Shown piece after piece: positions 56,618 to 64,000 of a DNA stretch of 64,000 nt (position 1 is its first letter; the number at the start of each line of letters is the position of its first letter). This DNA is from Octopus vulgaris (taxonomy: Eukaryota), in assembly GCA_951406725.2 (NCBI GenBank), contig OX597836.1:4154001-4218000 (forward strand), in the 5' to 3' direction. The position numbers were made by a program, and so were the translations under genes. The notes under the pieces were generated by a model that ran no database searches, had not been told where the DNA came from, and saw nothing but the letters and a program-made list of their open reading frames with translations.

Positions 56618-56952
56618 GATGGTGCATGGTCCAGTGTTTAGAGGATCGAACCCACAAACATGACGTACTCAGTTCCTTTCCGGGACTGCGAAGTATTCTG
56701 CTCTTCTTGAGCAAGACACTTTATTTCGTGTTTCTCAAGTTTACTCATCTGTAGAAATGAGTTGCGAGGTCACTGGTGCCGAGCTGTATCGACCACTTTG
56801 CCTTTCCCTTGCGTGACATCAGTGGCGCGGAGAGAGGAAGCTGGTATGCATGGGCAACGCTGGTCTTCCATAAACAATTTGCCCGGAACTGTGCCTTGGA
56901 TGGAAACTTTCTAGGTGCAATCCCATAGTCATTCAAAACCGAAAGGGTCTTT
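56618..56952 (+). mobile_element. Diverged CORE-like SINE with a distinct LINE-like tail
   Basis: ttgagcaagacactttatttc...catctgtagaaatgag core; tail ggaaactttctaggtgcaatccc...ccgaaagggtcttt. Confidence 0.65.
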
Positions 56953-57092
56953 ATGTTTCAGCAAAATCTAGAAGCACGTGGATAGCACCTCGCAAGGGTT
57001 CTCAACTACAATAAGAGCGAATCAGTTTACTTTTATTTTTCATATATGTATGCGGGTGTGTATGTATATATGTATATAGATGTATGTATACG

Positions 57093-57148
<56 letters not shown>

Positions 57149-57175
57149 CATGAATGTATCTTTATATATATATAG

Positions 57176-57333
57176 GGAGAGTTTACGAAAAAAACAAAAG
57201 AGGAAGATAGGTGGTGTATAAAACAAACAGATGTATTAGTATAACGCTCAGGAATAGAAAAAGTCTCTTACGTTTCGAGCCTACGCTCTTCTACAGAAAG
57301 GGACACAGAAAAAACAAGGAGAGAAACAAGGAG
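57176..57333 (-). mobile_element. Penelope-like terminal fragment with variant hammerhead core
   Basis: Minus strand CUGUAGA A GAGC-GUAG-GCUC GAAACGUA at 57269-57296; flanked by TA tracts. Confidence 0.5.
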
Positions 57334-57356
57334 ATATATATAGGTATATATAAAAC

Positions 57357-57433
<77 letters not shown>

Positions 57434-57450
57434 TTTTCAAGAAATATATG

Positions 57451-57508
<58 letters not shown>

Positions 57509-57981
57509 TATGAGTGCGTGTCTGATATGTCTGTAAGTGTTTATATGTCATGTCAGACACAGACACAAATTAAATTTATTGTACAACAAGAACTTATTTC
57601 ACTGGCTTTTCTTAATTTGAGTTGTGTAGATCTCTTCAAAATGTGGATACATGTGCGTGTGTGTGCGTGTGTGTGTGTGTACTGGTGAGTCTATGTATGT
57701 AAATGTACACGGAAAGCAATATATACGTAAGTACATAATATTTATATGTATGTATACAAATACACACACACACACATACACACACTCACACGCACATATA
57801 TATATGCCTGTTTTTATGTCCGTATGTGTGTGTATGTATATATATATGTCTGTTTGTATATCTGTATGTGTTTGTGTGTTTGTGTGTTTATTTATCATAA
57901 ACATAAACTATAAACAAGGATGAGGCAGCCAACTTGCCAGAACACTGCTAGCAAGACAGCAACAACATTGTAATAAATCAA

Positions 57982-58064
<83 letters not shown>

Positions 58065-58065
<1 letters not shown>

Positions 58066-58281
58066 AGCGGTACGCTGGCGTAATTGTTAGCGCACCGAAC
58101 GAAATGCTCTGCGATATTTCGCCCGACGCTACATTTTGAGTTCAAATTCTGCAGAGGGCGACATTCTCTGTCATCTTTTCAGGGTTCATAAATTAAGTAC
58201 CGGTGAAACAGGGGCGTCGATTTAATCTAGTCCTATGTTGCCCCAAATTTCAGGCTTTGTGCCTATACTAGAAAGGGTTAT
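58065..58281 (+). mobile_element. SINE family B, alternative-tail subfamily, between (ATT)n and (AGT)n
   Basis: gagttcaaattctgc...aaattaagtacc...aaatttcaggctttgtgcctatactagaaagg. Confidence 0.8.
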
Positions 58282-58329
58282 TAGTATCATTACTTGTATT
58301 AATAGCAGCAGCAGTATTAGTATTAGTAT

Positions 58330-58360
<31 letters not shown>

Positions 58361-58467
58361 TGCAGCAGTACTAGTAGTAGTAGTAGAAATTGATGTAGTA
58401 GCAGTGGTAGTGGTGGTATAATTACTAGTGCTGGTGTGGTGGAGGTGGTGGTAGTAGCAGCAGCAGC

Positions 58468-58532
<65 letters not shown>

Positions 58533-58720
58533 TAGTGGCAGCGATGGTATTAATTCTATTAAATTTCTGCAGCGCTATACAATGCCATAGCTCCTTACAT
58601 CGACCTAAAATTCTTACACACTTAAGAATTGTATACATACATACATATGTATATATATATACACATATATATATTTTTATATACACATATATATACATAC
58701 ATTCATAAACATACATATAC

Positions 58721-58795
<75 letters not shown>

Positions 58796-59614
58796 ATTTG
58801 TCTGCAAATCTTTTAAAATATCTGTTACCGATATTTTGGTTCCATCGTGACCTCCACTCTGTAATCTTCAATCCATAACACTAACAACAACGCTGCATGC
58901 CATCCATATTGTTCTTCTTAACGATGCTGCTGTAGTTTTATTCCTGCCACGAGGTTAGCAGTAATCGCAATGTATTCATGTATAATATAATATAACATGA
59001 TATAACATATATTATATCATATCTATATCTACATGTATATATATTAAAAAATATATATATATATATATATTTATATATACACGCACACACAGACATGCAC
59101 TCACGTAGCCACACACACATACCACAGCTTTTTATTATTCTCTGAAAGAGCCTGAAGAGCCTACACAAAGTGGGTGTAGGTGTTTTCAAATCAAAACTGT
59201 ACGTTTTCATGGTTTGAGTCGCAGATGAACCTACGTCGTGGCAAGAGCTGCAAATGAGAGTAGCGACATCAAACTCCCGTCTTCACCAAATGCTATATAT
59301 TAAAGACGGCTCTCAATAATAACAGTGTTGGAAAACGGTGGTGCCCCATCATGGCCACAGTTTTGAGCCAGAAGTAAAAGAAAATACATGCATATACATC
59401 GTTTCCTTTCAATCCTGAGCAGTGGCCATATTAGAGCACCGTTTTTGATGTATCGATTCCCAATACTTACTCGTATATTCTAGCTACTTATTCTCTCGAT
59501 TTATTTTGTCGACCTGCTAGGTTACTGGAACGTATTGCAACGAATGGCTGTTATCCAACACTATCAGTGTCTTGCTGATTGGTTTCTTCTGGAGATTAAG
59601 ATCAGAGATTAACT

Positions 59615-60076
59615 ACATACATACATACACGCAGGCCTATTCTCCATTTTCTTTAGGAGCGGGTAGCCACAGCAAGACACACACCAGACATTCCATTCAT
59701 TTCCCAGCTCAAAGAGGCGAACCCAGTCCTATGCTCAGGTCAAGGCATAGAAAGCAACCCCCAATATCAGCAGCAGGGCCCGGCAGCCTATGCTGGTTTA
59801 CCCCCGCCGCATCATGCTGGTTCCGTACCCCTCTCAGCAACATCCAATTCACTCATCCGTCCACAAACACTCTCCAAACGTTTCGATCATTTATAAACTC
59901 TTTTTACCTCTCTCACCTCTAACCACCAAAGCTTTCCTCACTCCATCCATCCGCACAAACCAAAGTTTGCCTCTGGTTCTGCTTTCTACCACTTCAGCCT
60001 TCATCACCCTCCTTTCAATCCGCTCTTCATCCATCCTCTCCATGTGGCCAAACCACCTCAACATTCGTCTAGCCAT
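59615..60076 (-). mobile_element. 3' end of an RTE-clade LINE with UTR and (TATG)n tail
   Basis: RRMLRWFGHMERMDEERIERRVMKAEV...RG...MDGVRKAL matches LRWFGHVERM...RGRP...WxDxV. Confidence 0.88.
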
Positions 60077-60139
60077 TAATTTGATGAGTATAAATGGATG
60101 ATAGATTTGTGTGTTTGGGATAAGCTACACACACACTTA

Positions 60140-60395
60140 ATCCAGTTAGAAGTACCAGCATCGGAAATTGTCGGTATTTGCGATGGATATTGAATCCACG
60201 AAGAAAAGAAATCCTCCTGAGTCTGTCGATTACTGTGTGGTTATATGTGTGGTTATATGTGGGACGACCTGGTATTTCAAGCACGTCTTTAGTCAACAGT
60301 CTCCAACGGACTATTTTTGGTAAAGTAGTCAATCTCGTCTATTAGCTATTGGTCACCAACATTCTGTGGTGAGCATCTTGGAAAGGTATCACAAG
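60140..60395 (-). pseudogene. Possible Gypsy integrase fragment
   Basis: TFPR...IDYFTK and PTISDAGT resemble GPFP...VDYFTK and PxxIxSDxG. Confidence 0.4.
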
Positions 60396-60764
60396 AGACT
60401 TTTCCGCTCAAGCAGCAAATTCGTTTTAATTCTTTCAGCAACATATGAAAGTGACATTTCGTCGGTTACGACGATGAGGGTTGCAGTTGATCCGAGCAAC
60501 GGAGCAACCTGTTCGGGAAGTGGACGTGGAAATGACTGAGAACTCCACGGACACATGTCGGGGTTCATGTCAATGCTGTCCAGTGAAGGACGGTAGTGCA
60601 AACGGAACATGTGACTGAACACCGATAAAAACAACTGAAGGAATTCTCTTGATTTTGGCACTGCCGAGTAATATCGGTTTGCGACGGCCGCGAATCCTCA
60701 TATAAGTGTATTTCTTCAATTTCGCCGATTCTTTCTTGCAGTGATTTTGTTGTGGAACATCTCG

Positions 60765-60823
<59 letters not shown>

Positions 60824-61065
60824 TACATACATGCATATATATATAGAGATATATATGGAGAGAGACATATATAGACATATATACATACACGCCCACATAC
60901 ACACACACATACACATATATAGCATGTATTAATATGTTTTTATTGATCTCAGTGATCTCACATTTTATTCAGTGTAAATCCCTCAACGGTTATCTTGTTT
61001 TGTGCATTCCTTTCATATTACATCTTTGTACATTCTCCAACGTCTAGCGCCCTTGAGGCCGCTAC

Positions 61066-61137
<72 letters not shown>

Positions 61138-61269
61138 TAGCAGCAGCAGCAGCAATAGCAATACACTAATGGAAATAAAGTAATAACTTCAAAAGTAATA
61201 ATAATACCAAGAATAAAAAATAACAACAACAACAACAACAACAACTGCAACGAAAACAACAATAAGAAT

Positions 61270-61445
61270 CATTCCTGCTAAAGGCGCAAGGCCTGAAGCT
61301 TTGTGGGAGGGGACGTGTCGATTACATCGACCCCCGAAAGAATGGAAGGCAAATTCGAAACTCGGTGGAATTTGAACTGAGGACGTAGCGACCGGCGAAA
61401 TACCGTCTTGTACTTCGTCCAGCGTGCTAACAATTCTGCCAGCTT
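61270..61445 (-). mobile_element. SINE family B, alternative tail, internally deleted
   Basis: gtcgattacatcgaccccc|gaaag...ggaatttgaactga...caattctgccagct. Confidence 0.78.
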
Positions 61446-61617
61446 CAACAAGGATAACAACAAGAACAACTACAACATCAAGAATAACAACAACAGCAAA
61501 ACAATAATACTAGTAGTACGGCTACTAATAATAATGATCCTTTCTACTATAGGCACAAGGCATGAAATTTTGGTAGAGGGAGGTGTTAAGTCATATAAAT
61601 CGACCCTAGTTTTTCAC

Positions 61618-62023
61618 TGATCTCATATAAAGATTAACAGTGAGGCCCACTTAGAATTTTCTTCTGGTCGAGGAGCCCATCCCGCTCAAAAGGTCCCTGA
61701 ATAAGGGTTGATTAAGGATGTTGAACGAAACACCTATGTTTCCAGAGGTGAATTATTTAAACCCCAAAGAAAACCTCTCAACACATGGCTACGATGATCC
61801 CCTACTACTTCTGCTCGTGGTCAGGGATGCACATATCGCCAGCCACAAAGGGACATGGTCAACTGGTTAAGGTCAAACAACTGACAAACAAATCTGTGGT
61901 ATTGAGCAGAATATTTGCTGTGGCCCATCTTTTATATCAAGACAAAACAATGTACATGATAACACTTCCAATCAGTTAAGATCAGAAGCCATGAGAGTCA
62001 CTGCCTGGTACTTCATTGGGGCA
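61618..62023. mobile_element. Second, truncated copy of family C
   Basis: Colinear with 46345-46767, one internal deletion. Confidence 0.85.
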
Positions 62024-62606
62024 ATTTTGGCCTTCATCACTTCGGGATTGATAAGTTAAGTACCAGTGGAACACTGGGGGCGATGTAATCGACAAGTCCT
62101 TTCCCGCCAAATTTCACTCCATGTGCCTTTACTAGAAAGGCCTATTACTATTATGAAAATATTATCATCATCACCATCAATTTCTTCCTCTTCCACCTTC
62201 TTCCCCGCATGTTCCTCCTCCTAGTTGTCATCATTATAATCCCCGTCTCACTGACGTCATGATCCTGCTCCTCCCTCATCAGACACAATCCTTTTCCTCT
62301 GCCGTTTCATTCATTTTCTTTCATAGTCTATATTCTTAATATCGTAATTGTTACACTTATAGAATACTTGTTGCTGTATTCATCCCTCGTCATTTTCGTT
62401 AACGTTGAGGTTGCTGATGTTCTTGTTGTTGTTAATCGCAGCCGCCGCCGTCGTCTCGTCATCGTCGTCGCCGTCGTCGTCGTCATTACGGGTTTCTGTT
62501 GTTGGTTTGTTATGATTTATCTCCTCCATCTATAGTACTTCAACATAATTTCATCTCAGATATTCTGAATATACTCAAGAGTATTCAAGCTGTACACACA
62601 CACACA

Positions 62607-62645
<39 letters not shown>

Positions 62646-62828
62646 ATCTCACTCACTCTCTTCACCTACCTTTCACTCACACTCACACACACACACTCTC
62701 TCTCTCTCTCTATATATATATATATGGGTGGGTGTGTGTATGTATATATATACATGTACATATATACACGATATTTGTAAATTTACATACACAGTGACAT
62801 AAATACATATACCTATATCTATATACAT

Positions 62829-62886
<58 letters not shown>

Positions 62887-63117
62887 ATGTGTGTATGTAT
62901 TCGTATACATCATGTACATAAACACGTTCAGATACATAATGCCATTTAAAATTTGTAGAATATACTACCAAAAGAGTACATCCATACTTAAATATATATA
63001 CAACTATCTGCACATATCAATATATGTATATACATAGAGATATAAAATATAAATGTACTTATAGTTATATGCATATCTCTAAATATCTTCGTACCTCTTT
63101 ATCTCTCCGTCTTTTAC

Positions 63118-63168
<51 letters not shown>

Positions 63169-63298
63169 CATGCATATACATGTAAATATACACATATATA
63201 CATATATACACCCACCCACAAGCATATATTTGTGTTATATGTGTGTATTTATATATATATATCTCCCTATATATGTATATATATATATATCGATATAC

Positions 63299-63344
<46 letters not shown>

Positions 63345-64000
63345 TGATATATGTATGTATATATATGTATATATGTATGTATATATATATGTATGTATAT
63401 ATATGGATATTGGAAATTTATAGCATATAGACGCGAGGCACGTTTATCATCGCCTCGTGTATATATGTTGGTCCTTGGCTTCTCTGCTTACGAGACAACG
63501 CCAGTGATAAATAAATTAATTAAATTAATTTATTTAATTAATAAAGATTGTCGAATTTATGCATAGTCCAGAAAGGGAAATGTTAAACGTTTTAATTTCT
63601 CTTTCCATTTCAGAATCACAACTATTAGTGGTTTGGAGTCTGGCTGCTCTTTCTAGTGAGTCGGATGTCATATTATGGCCGTCCCTTATATGTTTGAATG
63701 TATATTATATTTTATAGTCTATTGATTATTTTTCTTTCTCACTTGAACGCTGGTAGCGGAGAATTTTTCTAGAATTTTTTGCTACCTTAAAATTTATTAA
63801 TTAATATATATGCATAAATGTAAATATATGAATACATATTCATATTTAGATTCAGATGAATTACGAACTTGAGTTGAATCATTAGAATTTAATAAGGTAT
63901 TATCCATACAGTTTCAAAGGGAATTGATTAATATCAAAATATCCTGTTGCTTATTTTGATTATACATATTAATATGTATAGGATGATAGCTATATATTAA

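Noticed and set aside
59144-59200. Hammerhead-like CTGAAGAG-cctacac...gtgtagg
   Set aside because: No GAAA directly after the stem and no stem III or cleavage triplet

Overview
AT-rich, microsatellite-saturated eukaryotic DNA with no recognisable host protein-coding exon, intact tRNA, rRNA or CRISPR array. It is intergenic or lies inside a large intron. The repeat repertoire looks like a coleoid cephalopod, most likely Octopus; this is my recognition of the repeats, not a database result. Nearly all ORFs in the track are translations of (TA)n, (CA)n or trinucleotide repeats. The real content is a layered transposon graveyard. There are several tRNA-headed SINE families, labelled here A (CORE-like with an internal microsatellite), B (Meta-domain-like), V-domain-like and D. 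There are LINE fragments (CR1-like, RTE, R4/Dong, L1/Tx1-like ORF1), DNA-transposase fossils (two hAT-Charlie/Buster, Tc1, probable piggyBac) and a hAT MITE. Penelope-like ends sit in TA repeats, and one keeps a complete minimal hammerhead ribozyme core. Best leads: the hammerhead at 17254-17302; an ORF1-only unit with TATA, Inr and polyA signal at 27075-28281; a ~600-bp element with long inverted repeats plus an internal third copy at 21945-22548; a non-coding element inserted in (TAA)n at 46211-46767; and several dsRNA-forming inverted structures. All alignments and translations were done by eye, so boundaries are approximate.
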